NCBI GenBank assembly: GCA_951406725.2
Contig: OX597816.1
Span: forward strand, 127,906,001-127,970,000
DNA length: 64,000 nucleotides
Source of the DNA: Octopus vulgaris
Taxonomy: Eukaryota
Reading direction: 5' to 3'
Of this stretch, positions 25,720 to 37,923 are shown one piece after another. Numbering within the stretch: the first letter of the stretch is position 1; every line of letters begins with the position of its first letter. The notes beneath the pieces were generated by a model. The model saw only the letters and a list, made by a program, of their open reading frames with translations, was not told the origin of the DNA and did not search any database. The translations under genes and the position numbers were made by a program.

Positions 25720-26470
25720 AAGCACATTTGCCAATAAAAAAGACTCATATATACTACTTAGAGTATACCATAATCAGTCTTTGCAAGGAATTCTACACCA
25801 TAAGTAGTATTCATATTTACAAATCTTCATAAAATTGAGATTTATGTGGCACTGTAATGCCAAGTAAATCTCAGAAACAATTGAAAGAACTACCATCTGA
25901 TACATAATATAAAGAAAATTTGTTTAGTGAGTCTTACATTGCAGAACATTCTGTTTCATGAACTATACCTGCCATCAGCCTGTGTGAAAAGACAGAACTA
26001 CTCTGTGACCAACAGTGAAACGGTTTAACTTATAAAGCACATACAATTTTAGAAATGTAGACATACACATATCACTACACAAAACACTCATCAGCTAAAT
26101 ATTCACAAGTGTTCAAAACGCATTGCATGTACACAAACATGTGCACACAACTACAAAATGTGGTAAATGAAACATGCACAGTCAGTTCCAATGCTGCTAA
26201 AATCCCACCTGTACAACTCCAGCTCTTTTGTCTTTCTCATATTTTTCAGTATCTGGTTAGTTTGTGATGTTCTTAGAATTTTTTTTTACCTTTTAATTTC
26301 TTTTTCCTTTTGGGTGTTGTTTTTTAACTTTTCTGATGAAGGGTTTAAATTACGATATTTCTATTTCTCTTAGTATGAAACTAATATCTACAACTCTCAT
26401 AGTACATTATCTTGTCTTTGTGTATATTTTCATGCTTTCATGTTATCAACATTCATCACAAATTCATGTG
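25720..26470 (+). mobile_element. Decayed Penelope-like 3' end (GIY-YIG C-terminus plus pLTR-like region)
   Basis: TCH.SLCEKTELL (~CxLCLxEK) and terminal KCRH at ~26050, then a T-rich region with CTGATGAAGGG...GAAAC at ~26333-26382. Confidence 0.4.
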
Positions 26471-26487
26471 AAAATCCAGTATCCACC

Positions 26488-26531
<44 letters not shown>

Positions 26532-27454
26532 GTACACACATATATATACACGTGTGTAGATTGAAGGCTTCAAATGTCCCATGCGTGTTTTTTGTATTGT
26601 CTTCTAAATGTTTTACGTTCTTGTCCCAGTTTGTATTTTTCTGTATTTTTCTACATATAATATATATATATATATATATCTATATATATATTTATATACA
26701 TATACACATGTATGTATGCCCCAGCATGGCCACAGCTCGTGAGCTGAAACTAGATAAAATAAGAAAAATAAGAAAAACATACATGAAAATGTATATAAAC
26801 TTACATCCACATGTATATATATTATATATATATGCATGTGCACACATACACAAACACAAATATATGTATATATATATATATATATATCCTGATTCTTGGT
26901 GTTCTTACACAATTGGATCACCAGCAGAATTATCATTGGACTGTCATGTTGGTTCACTTTGTATACTCTAGAATAGTGCTGGTCTTGTTTGACATTTATT
27001 CCTTTTTTTTTTTTCATGTTTTCGTTGATGCTGTGGATTTTCATTTTCCTTTCATTATGCTTTCATTGTAAGTCTTTGATAAGGATAAGTGAGTTAGACC
27101 ACACTAAAAAGTAATGCTTATGTTGAAATTATTTTTTTAATATTTTGTTAGATATTTTTAATAAGAAATAATTGAGTTTCAAATTGCTATTTGAAAGATG
27201 ATTTCACTCTAGAAATGAAAATTAATAAATTCAACCAAGTTCAAAACAGAGAAGATTTTAACATGCAAAGTAGTGTAGCATAAATGTAGCAAGTATAAGA
27301 AATGTAGAAAAATGTCATGGCCAGTATAATGACTGAATCGTCCTTTTTTTAAGATACACATCATGTAGCTACAGTAACATAGTAGAAACAATGGATAGAA
27401 TACAAAACCCGATGTTATAATAGTAAAAGTATGTGTGTGTTAATGTATACGTTG

Positions 27455-27735
27455 TGAAGGCTTAGTGAATAGGGCATTCAGCTCATGATTGTAAGGTCGT
27501 GAGTTCAGTTCCTGGTAGCACATTGTGTCCTTAAGCAAGACACTTTATTTCACTTTGCTCCAGTCCATTCAGCTGGTGAAAATAAGTAGCACCTGTATTT
27601 CAAGGGACCAGCCTTATCACAGTCTGTGTCATGCTGAATTTCCCTGAAAACAACCTTAAGGCTATGCATGTTTGCGGAGTGTTCAACCACTTGCATGTTA
27701 ATTTCATGAGCAAGCTGTTCCATTGATCGTTATAA
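27455..27735 (+). mobile_element. tRNA-type SINE, family C
   Basis: tRNA-like head (GGCTTAGTG...GAGTTCAGTTCC) followed by TGTGTCCTTAAGCAAGACACTTTATTTCAC, shared with 35471-35803. Confidence 0.75.
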
Positions 27736-27872
27736 CCAACAAACTACCACAGGTGGATCTGTAAAACACAAGTGAAACTCATCCAAAAGGTGTCTTCTCA
27801 TAATCAGTTTTTATATGATTTTTTTTTCTTTCTTTTTGTTTCTGTTATGTTAGAATGGCTCTGTGATTTGCA

Positions 27873-28310
27873 ATGGCTGACAGATTTGAGCAGTATGCTT
27901 CAGTCAAATTTTGCATGAAGCCTAAAATTACATCTGAGACCTTCAAAATCCATTTTTGATGAACATTCATCAGGTCAAACACAGGTTCTTGAGTCATGTG
28001 CATTTCTCAAGGCAGGTTGAGTGCCAACAGAAGATGTGTGTTCTGGGTGGTCAATCATGTGTAAAATGCCAGAAAATCTGGAAAATTTTGTGAACTAATC
28101 CATGAAGACTAGCACTGTGCAATCCTTCTCTCTTTCGTATGATTGGAATTAGTTACAAAGTCTACCAGAAGATTCTAATTGGAAACCAGGAAATGCATTA
28201 TCATTTTACTGCAAAGCTTGTCTCCCACTTCTTAACCCTTGATAAAAATAAGGGTTACTTTATACGTTCTGTACATTCCAAAGGAGAATATTTCAAATGG
28301 GAAGGGTATC
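27873..28310 (+). pseudogene. Internally deleted mariner-type transposase remnant
   Basis: MADRFEQYASVKFC...SETF, ELIHED, IGISY..QKIL...AKLVSHFLT (N-terminal HTH region) is joined directly to the C-terminal SKGEYF. The catalytic domain is missing. Confidence 0.7.
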
Positions 28311-28492
28311 TAAATACATGTACGCATGTTCGCATGCACACACACACACATTACCACTACAAACTTCCTGCAGTAAATCTATGGATAACAACAGGTAATC
28401 AAAACTGTGCTAGTGCTTTATTCATCATCCATTTATACATTTTGTACAAATTCTTCATTACATCTCGTTCGGAGATTTATTAATGTCTTCAT

Positions 28493-28526
<34 letters not shown>

Positions 28527-28543
28527 TTAATAGATAGATAGAT

Positions 28544-28676
28544 ATTATTCTCATACAAGAATATTGTTGATGGTGACTTCAAAATTTTAGCCAGCTAAGC
28601 CACTTTTGGACTACTGATGATGGCTTAACTGGCCTGAACTTCGAAGTCACTGCCAACATTCTTTTATAAGAGTAGT
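28544..28676. repeat. Imperfect inverted repeat containing a hammerhead-like motif
   Basis: Arms at ~28544-28602 and 28621-28676; CTGATGA at 28614-28620; GAAC-TTCGAA-GTC at ~28636-28648. Confidence 0.7.
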
Positions 28677-28989
28677 AATTTTGTGCTCTATAAAAGTATA
28701 GAGTAACCCATCAGATTAATGTAAAATGTTTTTTTTATTTTATAACTGAACATAAAAAGAAACATTAATATATATATATGTACGTTTGATACTCACATAT
28801 ACTGATATGACTGCACAACAAAGTGCACTTATAGGAATACAGAAGATGAGACAAAAAATACAAGAAATATTAGTTGCTAGCATTACTATCCTATGTAAAA
28901 GTACACAATAAATTAGAAATGTAACTATCGAAGCCTTATTAATAGCCAAATACAAACCCAAAATCAACAGAAATGTAACACACATGAAG

Positions 28990-30337
28990 GAGACCTATAG
29001 ATGTACCCAGAAGCTAACCATTGAATAATGTTAAGTCAAGCAATGATGATTTATCAGATATAACATAATTCCCACAACTCATTGCTATCAGTTACAAAAT
29101 GCCACATCAGTGCACTACTATCATCATTTTAGTCAAGCTTAGAAGGGCTTGAAACATTAATAGCCTTAGGAATAGTATTACAATTGAAATCTAAAGGACT
29201 AAGAAAAGTCTTCAACATAACTGATTAAATTCTTATACAGTTGTGCCTTCAGTATAGCACATTTGAAGGAAAATCTGTTGCCTATGTATATAAATATATG
29301 ATTTTACATTGAAGCAGTAAAAATGAAAGCCAATCGAATATCAAATCCAGCAGCAATACCAAATGCAGGAAAATTATCAATAGAAATCTTTCAACTAAAT
29401 ACAACATAAAAACACAAAATCTTGAAATAACAAACCTTCACAAAATGGTATTTTGTGGCTATCTGTAATGTAAGATTTTGATTTTCCATCAAATGAGAAA
29501 TAACAGCATATGGAAGCTTAGCTATCTTTATAACAGTAAAATAGAAAGTGCTGTTCACACTAGAAGACAAATTTCTTCCTCATTTTCTTCACAAAATGCC
29601 GCCTCAGTTGAAAATATCACCAAAAGAGAAAGTTGTACTTTAATTGCTCTAGCTGTCTTGCAAGACTCCTAGTGATAGAAGTGTAATAAAAATTAATGAA
29701 CAACTGCGTGACTTATTCAGATTTGAAGGAAATCAACAGAGAGATAAAGATAACGACAAAAACATTCATAAAGAATCTTAAACTAGCTCTGCAAGATCTG
29801 AAAATTAACAATAAAATTATAAAATGTAAAAATGATAAGAACAATTTTATTGCTGATGTGAATAAATGTAGAAACATTTCAAAAAATTAATATAAATTGT
29901 ACCAAATTTATAATAAATATATAAAAAATTAATAATATTTAATATTACAATGATAATTTCATCAAAATCAAGAAAGACTACATTGCACAATTAGAAATTA
30001 AATTAAATAAATTAATCACTGTTGTAAATACAGAAATTGGAGCTATTTCTTTCCAATACTCAGATGATATATATTAGCATACAACTGTGGTAACATAGAA
30101 ATATAAACAAACAGAATAACTCTTTCTGACTTGCAATCTCCCAACTCTTAGAATCATTAAATAACTAGAACATATAAAGAAATATACATCCATGTGATAT
30201 AGTGGCAAGTTCATAAAAGTCTTACCAGAAAGTGGCAACGATGGTAGTATTTCACCTACTGACATCATGTGCCCCTTCACCAGTGTTCCTTTAATGAAAC
30301 CCGTAGGCATATCATTAGACAAGCAATATTACATAGT
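28990..30337 (+). mobile_element. Decayed Penelope-like element (N-terminal region to RT)
   Basis: KVLFTLEDKFLP (~LSxGxKFxP), LALQDLKINNKIIKCKNDKNNF (~ALxxLKxNxxIIIxKADKG) and DIMCPFTSVPL...ISLD (~DVxSLFTNVP) appear in order; many stops. Confidence 0.6.
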
Positions 30338-30353
30338 AATATTAGACGAGGTT

Positions 30354-30569
30354 AAAGTGGTGAGCTAGCAGAATTGTTAGCACACTGGGCAAAATGTTTA
30401 GTAGCATTTCATTCATTTTCATGTTCTGAGTTCAAATTCTCTCAAGGTTGACTCTACCTTTCATTCTTTTCAGTGTCTATAAAGTACACACCAGATGAGT
30501 ACAGGGGGTCAATGTAATTACTTTACCTCTGCCCCTGAAATTGTTGGCCTTGTGCCAAAATTTGAAATC
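30354..30569 (+). mobile_element. Family-A SINE with 16-bp TSD, inserted at the Penelope-like fossil
   Basis: AATATTAGACGAGGTT (30338-30353) and AATATTAGACAAGGTT (30570-30585) flank a full SINE. Confidence 0.85.
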
Positions 30570-31549
30570 AATATTAGACAAGGTTCATTTATACACCCTC
30601 CAGAATAAGCTCTCTCCATATGCCAAAAAAAAAATTCTTAAAAAGATTATGTGGCCTATAGGCTCAAGGTTCCCTTCTATCACCCCCAAAGCCCATATTT
30701 GCAATATTCTGTATGGCTAGCATGTAAAACATATGTATTCACATATACATGCATTTATTTATGTATTTATGTATGTATGTACACACATGCACACACACAC
30801 ACACACACATGTATGTAGGGGATGAATTCCTAAAAAAGAAATGGAGCCAGTCTTGTAATTGTTATGAATTCAAAAAATGCATATCTTTAGATTTAAGTTT
30901 ATTTCTGTTTATATATGAAACAGTGACAATGTGGAGATCACCCTCACTTTCTATTTCTATTTTTGGACGTAGACAGACAAAGGAGGGTATATCACCAGAT
31001 CATCATTTAGTAACGAAAAGTACAAATGTGAAACCACCAAAGTATTAGAAACAATTAGTATCTTTTTTTAGGCTTGTCATTTTCTGTCATGATGATGTAT
31101 TGATCATCATTCATACTGCGTATTGCTGCTTGCATCATTTTGTAAATGCAGTGTCCCAGTTTCATGGGAAGTCCAACCATGGAATGTATCTGAGCACATA
31201 AAAATCAATGCCAGCAGTCTAGATTCATGATGTCACAAAAAAAAAAAGGAAAAACAAAATGGTTATTTTAATGACTGATACAAGTGAAAAGTCTATATTT
31301 TAAAGAATCTCACTAGGCAGCATCCTCTACTATATTATTAGTCAATTGCATTAATCAAAGCTGTAAATAGTTACTTAGCTTTTGAAAGAGAAGCCTTAAT
31401 TGTGTACTTTAACAGCGTAATATTTCTGACTTTCAGTCTTAGATCATAAGCGAAAAGAATTTACTTTTAGCAAAAATTGTAGTCCACTGAAAGTAAGATT
31501 TGTGTATATCTGAGGATGGACCTTACAAATGATAGCATTTGATTTTTAA

Positions 31550-32330
31550 ATATATTACGCAAAGGAATCTGCAATGTCACATGTCATTGCATTATCATAA
31601 TTGGAATTTATAATTAATATTAATAAAGACAATTGAGATCAAGATGATAATGTTTCTTTTCAACCGTCTTGTAGAAACTGATTTCATTAAACAAAATTTT
31701 ATATAAACAGAGAATGATAATAATATTTTACTTGGTATATTAAAAAGGAATTTTAATAATTGCAGCAATCATCTTGTTGAAAGGCCATTTAAGTCATTTA
31801 AAAATACGTTAGCATCCTTTTAATTGGAAATTAATTGTTTGTTCCACCAGCCTGTTTGGGATCATTAATGACAAAAGCTGTGCATGATGACATCTGTTGT
31901 AGCTCAACAGCAACAAAGAATTGGTTAGAATTAGAATCATAATGGCCTGGTTAATATGAAGCCATGGAATAATTTGCAATAAAATGTCCAACATATGCCA
32001 GAATACAGCCAGAATTAACTTACTGTGCACAGGCAGCATAATGAAATTAAAGCATTGATTTGTATGCATATGGATCATACATATGTCAAGAAATTAAGAT
32101 GTTCTTAACACTGCTGCATACTCTGGGTTGCCAGAAGTAATAAGAGATATGAATAAAGTATTAGAAACAGTTAAGTTGATATTATGAGCTGTGTTTTCCA
32201 GAAACAGTCTCCAAAATTATTATTAGTGTCTGTGAAATCTGTTTTAATGAATTCCATACATAGTTGATAAGAATGGATGCAAACTTGTGAAAATGCTTCC
32301 ATTCTATCCAGAATCAAATGCAATTGTTGA
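31550..32330 (+). pseudogene. Possible decayed ankyrin-repeat coding relic
   Basis: Stop-riddled peptides DN*DQDDNVSFQPSCRN*F, DVLNTAAYSGLPEVIRDM and PYIVDKNGCK resemble ankyrin consensus pieces (DxxGxTPLHxAAxxGxxEVV). Confidence 0.35.
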
Positions 32331-33904
32331 AAAAATAACTACATTTGTCAGCAAGAGTTTAAAAGCATACCCACCAAATAAAGATTCTAATATTGTTTGA
32401 TTTGTTGCATAATACCTCACTCAGAAAACTATTTAGTTTGTTCTGGTTGCAGGCAAATATGATCATCAATAACAATTTCTTATGAAAATGCAGCTTCAGT
32501 TTAGTATTGATGCAGAAGAAATTGTGAACCACACCAAGCTAGATTAATATCTCATGCAGGCAATATAGCTATGATTTGTAAGAGTGAACAGGATATATTA
32601 GTTCATGAAGCAAAATAAACAATGACACAAAAACTCAGGGAACGAAATGCCAGATCAGTTCTTCAACATTTGAATGATAACTCAGAATATAGTTATCAAA
32701 TGTGTGATTTGACGCTACATACAGGAACAAACAATGAAAATGGTGTTAAACGTAGTTCTAAAATATCAAGAGGAATTAAACCAATTTATTTCTGGGAAAT
32801 GTGATAGTGTTATGTTAATACAGTTATAATGTTTTATGCATTTTACATGCCGATTAATACTGTTACTACCATTAATAATGGTACTACTATTCAATATCAT
32901 AACTTCATTCTGTAGATGAATGTAGCTTCTAAACATAAAGTATTACATGTGACTAATTTGAGACTGCTTTTCTGGAAAAGAAGATCATTTCTCCTGCTTC
33001 AGATCATGGGCATCATGAACAGTGAAACTAAATCTGGGGATCTTGGAGGAGATTATGCATCCATAAACCAAGAGTAATTTGGGTTGGCTACAGAAATAAT
33101 CAAGGAATTCATCAAATGCAATAAAATGTGAATGCTGTATTAGACATTACAATCCCCAAACTTATACCCAATACAAAACTAACAGAAGTGGGCTGACATA
33201 AGTATTCAAGAAAGGATATACAGGCAATTGAGTGAACTGTATGATTATATAATAAAAAAAGTCAAAACAATATATATATATAGGCATGTATATATATATA
33301 TATGTGTGTGTTCCTTTCTTTCCCATGCTAGTATGGATTAGATGAATATATTATTCAGCTATTGTTTCCCAGCTTGATACCATCCCTGTTGCTAATGTTT
33401 GCCTGTTTTACAAGGCACAGAGGCAGAAGATGGATTATTGGCAGGAGAAGTGATAACATCACAGCTTGTAGCTTGTGCTTTTTGTGGAAGTGCAAATATG
33501 AACAAACACACATACACATGCACACAAATACAAATACACACACATGTATATATGAAACCATACCAGCACCTGTTGTATACATGTATTTTTCTGCTGTTGT
33601 TCACATGTGAATATATAGCCATTATTTTTACACCTGATTATATAAAATGTATGAGTTGTGTATTCATTTGGTACACACTCATTACACACATATACAAAGA
33701 AACACATAGACATAACTAAATGTAAACATGCATTTCAATTTATCAGCATCTACACAGGCACAGATATACACATACAAACACACACATGCACAAACATGTG
33801 TACATAGTTCTATACACTGTTCTATCATCACTAATTAGCTAATTTGTCTTCTGTACCGGATGATATTCTCAGGGTTCTGGCTTTTAGTGTGCCTCAGTGG
33901 TTCA

Positions 33905-34255
33905 GTTGAAATTTGATGAGTTATCTATTTTGAAATTAATTTTGGACTTATATCTAATAGATTAGAACATTTGGTGTGTTTGAAGTCTTTTTTTTGCATT
34001 ATTATGCAGGCCATAGAAATTTTATCAGAAGTTGCATTTGTGTAAACCAGGTGATGTTAAAATTACTAATATTGTTATCTTTGAAATGCCATATATAGTT
34101 TGATAAGTCTGTGCTATTTCTTTCATCAATCTGTCATAGTATTGACCTTGATTCTAGTACCATTCCTTGAAGATGCCTTCATAGATGCCAATGTATGATT
34201 TAGGAAATTGTCTGTCATTGTAGCTTTGTATATTAACGATTCACCTTTAAATATA
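33905..34255 (-). mobile_element. Penelope-like GIY-YIG endonuclease fragment
   Basis: The minus strand gives ESLIYKAT, KSYIGIYEGIFKEWY*N, NSTDLSNYIWHFKD, FNITW and LLDISPKLISK. Confidence 0.75.
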
Positions 34256-34394
34256 CTAAAGCAGCATCATCACCCAAAGTATGAAATGTAAACAAACCAT
34301 TGCAACAGAATAGGAGTCAACTATGAGAGGTCATAAGTTTTGATGATTATGTTATGAAAACTGTAAGGGCAAGAAGGAAATTTAAGTAATTCTT

Positions 34395-34540
34395 CCTAAA
34401 TTATTACCAAGGTAGCAGTTTTAAGAGGAGGGTTTTAATTGACGCCATCAACCCTAGAACTTGATTAGGACTTTATTTTTTCAATACTGAAAGTATGAAA
34501 GGCAACGTTGGCCCCAGCAGAATTTGAACCTTGAATATTT
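34395..34540 (-). mobile_element. Family-A SINE, degraded
   Basis: TATGAAAGGCAACGTTGGCCCCAGCAGAATTTGAAC core. Confidence 0.6.
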
Positions 34541-35042
34541 AAATAAATAAACGTTATAGGCTGAATTATAAACTATATATATATAATTTCATATCTGCTT
34601 TCCTCACATACACAGGTTAGACAGATTTATTGCTTTGGAAATACTTCAAAAGGAATGATGTTTGTTTTGAATTTTCTTTCTTCACTTTCTACATGACTTT
34701 TTAACAGCTGAACGCAGTTTCAGTTTGTCTTCCAGTTTGTGTAGCTCTCTCTACATACTTCTGTTATATATTCCATTCACATCTAGGGTATTCTATTGGA
34801 ATACTCAATCAAACTTCCCTTAGTTTTTGGGGTTTTTTTGGTGGGCGGGGTACAGTTTATGTTAACCTGAGAAGGATGTTAGAAATATTGCATCTAAACA
34901 TTGCAGGAATTTTGCCCTGTATTCTAACATATCTGTCAGTTCAGAATTAATTGTCATATGCATTCTATCTTCAAAAATTCTATTAAAAATATGAATTGAG
35001 CTTTTTGATAGAGAATTCTTTCTTTTGTGTCTTGGCTTCTTC

Positions 35043-35115
35043 TATTCCCACAATGTGCATATGATGAGGATTATCATATGATAAACATCCTCATCATATG
35101 TATATTGTGGGAATA
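35043..35115 (+). repeat. 29-bp stem, 15-nt loop hairpin
   Basis: Arms 35043-35071 and 35087-35115 are complementary at 27/29 positions; both exceptions are G-U pairs on the + strand. Confidence 0.85.
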
Positions 35116-35470
35116 AATTTAATATGTTTTCATCATTGAGGTCATAATTATCCAGCTTCAGCAATCATCTGAGTTTCCTTATGTTTTCTAATCTGAACTA
35201 ACCCAGGTTTCTGCCTGTCAACTAAGATTTAGGCACTTATTTCCGAAACAATCCCATTCTAACACTAATATTATGAATTGTACATGACATTTTAAACCTG
35301 TTAAATTATACAGCAAATGTTTTTGTTATTTTATTCTTTGATTTTGTCCTTTATTATTTGTCTGTTTGCTTTGGACTACTGCAAATAAGTATATGCATCA
35401 CATACCTTGAGGAAATAAAATTCTTATACACAGTATTAAAATTTTATTGGCGAATTACCAGTCATACATT

Positions 35471-35803
35471 GAAGGAGCATGGCTCAGTGGTTAGATCGTT
35501 GGACTCACAATCATGAGTCTATAAGTTCGATTCCAGACCAGGTGATGTGTTGTGTTCTTGAACAAGACACTTTATTTCACATTGCTCCAGTTCTCTAAGC
35601 TGTAGAAATGAATTGTGACATCACTGGTACCAAGTTGTATTGGCCTTTGCCTTTCCCTTGGATGAGATCGGTGGCATGGAGAGGGGAGGCTGGTATGCAT
35701 GGGCGACTGCTGGACTTCCATAAACAACTTTACCCAGACTTGTGCCTTGTAGGGGAAATTTCTAGGTGCAGTACCATGGTCATTCATGACCGAAGGGGGT
35801 CTT
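35471..35803 (+). mobile_element. tRNA-type SINE, family C-related
   Basis: A-box TGGCTCAGTGG and B-box GTTCGATTCC, then TGTGTTCTTGAACAAGACACTTTATTTCAC and a ~230-bp non-tRNA body. Confidence 0.85.
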
Positions 35804-36627
35804 TACTTTGCTTATCATACAAAATCAAGAAACATTATTATCTAACCATGCTGTACTCAGGTTGTTCCTCTTTTGTGTTCCTGTGCACGGATGTGTGTGT
35901 GTGTGCATGCTTAATGCCAGATGACATGCAGTAAGATTGAATTCAGAGTTTCATTATGGCAAAATGCACTTTTCAGCCTTCTATCTGCACATCCACATGC
36001 ATGTATACACACACACACACACACACACATATACATACGCACGTTCATATATATATATTCCCACAACCATACACACACATATACGTCCACATATCTCTGC
36101 CAGCTCCACTACACATTGGTTTGTTGTTTTGCTGTTTTTTCTTTACTGTCCTCTAACCTTATCTAGTTTCAGTAAAAGTTAGAATATAAGAAGTAACTCT
36201 AGAGATGATTAGATGACATTGATATCTTAAAGTATATCATTTGTCTTAGCCAGGCAAATAGTATAATCTATCTTATTTCTTTATCTAGTCTCCCAGCTGT
36301 GTTCTCTGTCTATTACTTCCACTCATCCCCTTCATTGAATCTACATACAATCACAAGAATCTCTCTCCTCCCCACCATCTCTCTTTCACACACACACACA
36401 TACACTATCAAAAGAGATAGAAAAGTTATTATAGGAGAGAGAGAGAGAGAGAGAGAGCAGGAGTAACTGAGAATCTATGTTAATATGTGTGATGTTTATA
36501 TCTGTATGAATATAATGTGTATCTGCATGAACATATATGTGTGTATATGGATAATTATGGATAAAAGTATATAATACATAATTATATGTATAGATCTATG
36601 TATCAATTATATAAATATATATATATA

Positions 36628-37882
36628 CAGGGGTTGGACAAAATAATGGAAACACCTTAAAATTTCAAACAAATTTATTTTAATATGGGGTAGGACCATC
36701 TTTGGCAGTACTTGCAGCTTGAATTCTATGAGGTATGAGTTTGTACAAAGTTTGTTTCTAAAGGAATTTTTGTCCATTCTTCAGCTAAAACAGTCTCCAG
36801 TTCTTGTAGTGATGATGGTGGAGGATACTGACTCCTTGTTTTTCTAAAATGCACCATACTTGTTCAGTAATATTGAGATCTGGGGACTGTGGTGGCTAGA
36901 TAAGATGTTCAACTTCACTAGATTGTTCCTTGTGCCATTCAGTAACAATTTTAGCTGTGTGAATTGGTGCATTATCATCCTGAAAGATTGTGTTTCTCTC
37001 CAGATACAGTTCTGCAACCATAGGATGAATTTGATCAGATAAAATGCTTAAATAGTCTTGACTATTAATTCTGCCATGAAAGGAAACCATTGGGCCGGTA
37101 TATTTCCAAGATATACTCTTCCAAATCATCACAGATCCTCCTCCATGTTTAACAGTTGGAAGAAGGCAGTATGGGTCAAACTCTTCTTTTGGCTGTCTCC
37201 TCATGTATACTTGGCCAGTGGTTGGAAATAAGGTAAAGGATGACTCATCCAAGAAAATAACATTCTTCCACTGCTCTAGGGACCAATTCTGTAGGTTTTT
37301 ACCCAACTCTAAACGCTTTGCAACATTTGTTTTTGAAAGTAGTGGTTTTCTGATTGCAGCCGTCCTATGAAATCTGGCTTTGTGCAGTTCCTGGCGAACA
37401 GTTTTTATGGAAACTGGGTGCTCGAGGTGGTCATTAAGCTCGTCAGTAATTTTGGGAGCTGTACTTTTGTGATCCTTTCTTACAATTTGCATAAGAGTCT
37501 GACAGTCCCTATCTGAAAGATTTGGTTTTCTTACTGTGTTTTTGTTTAGACGAGGAGGTTTTTCCCTCTTTCTCAAAGGCTGTCATTACTTTCGAGACGG
37601 TACTTTTTGGTACACTAAACATTTTGGCTATTTTCGTTATGCTAGTGCCTGTCATACGAGCACCAACAATTTGACCTCTTTGAAAGCCTGATAGATCTGT
37701 CATTTTAATGAATTTTAATTGCCTTTTTTCTGATGATGTCTGGAAAAAAACAACAATTTTAACAAAACATATTAAGCAACAGTAATAATACATCAAAAAA
37801 CATAAAAATAAACAAACTGTTGATGGTTTTATAGATATTTCAAAATTATGATGCTAGGTGTTTCCATTATTTTGTCCAACCC

Positions 37883-37885
<3 letters not shown>
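36628..37885 (-). mobile_element. Full-length Tc1-family DNA transposon (DD36E type), 1,258 bp
   Basis: Perfect 30-bp TIRs CAGGGGTTGGACAAAATAATGGAAACACCT (36628-36657 / 37856-37885), TA on both sides, inserted in (TA)n. Confidence 0.95.
36680..37703 (-). pseudogene. Tc1-type transposase pseudogene, ~340 codons
   Basis: MTDLSGFQRGQIVGAR..., IFLDESSF, PTVKHGGGSVMIW, FQDDNAPIH, *PPQSPDLNITE, ...DGPTPY*. Frameshift near 37540, TAG at 36896-36898 and small C-terminal deletions. Confidence 0.93.

Positions 37886-37923
<38 letters not shown>

Noticed and set aside
26336-26971. 211-aa ORF and the many other YI/HT/CV-rich ORFs in the track
   Set aside because: They are stop-free reading frames through (TA)n/(CA)n/(GT)n microsatellites, with no domain content.
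35471-35545. tRNA gene
   Set aside because: It has A and B boxes but no clean cloverleaf, and continues into a repeat body shared with 27455-27735; it is a SINE head.
36896-36898. A-to-I editing rescue of the transposase UAG to Trp
   Set aside because: Upstream and downstream frameshifts disable this copy regardless.
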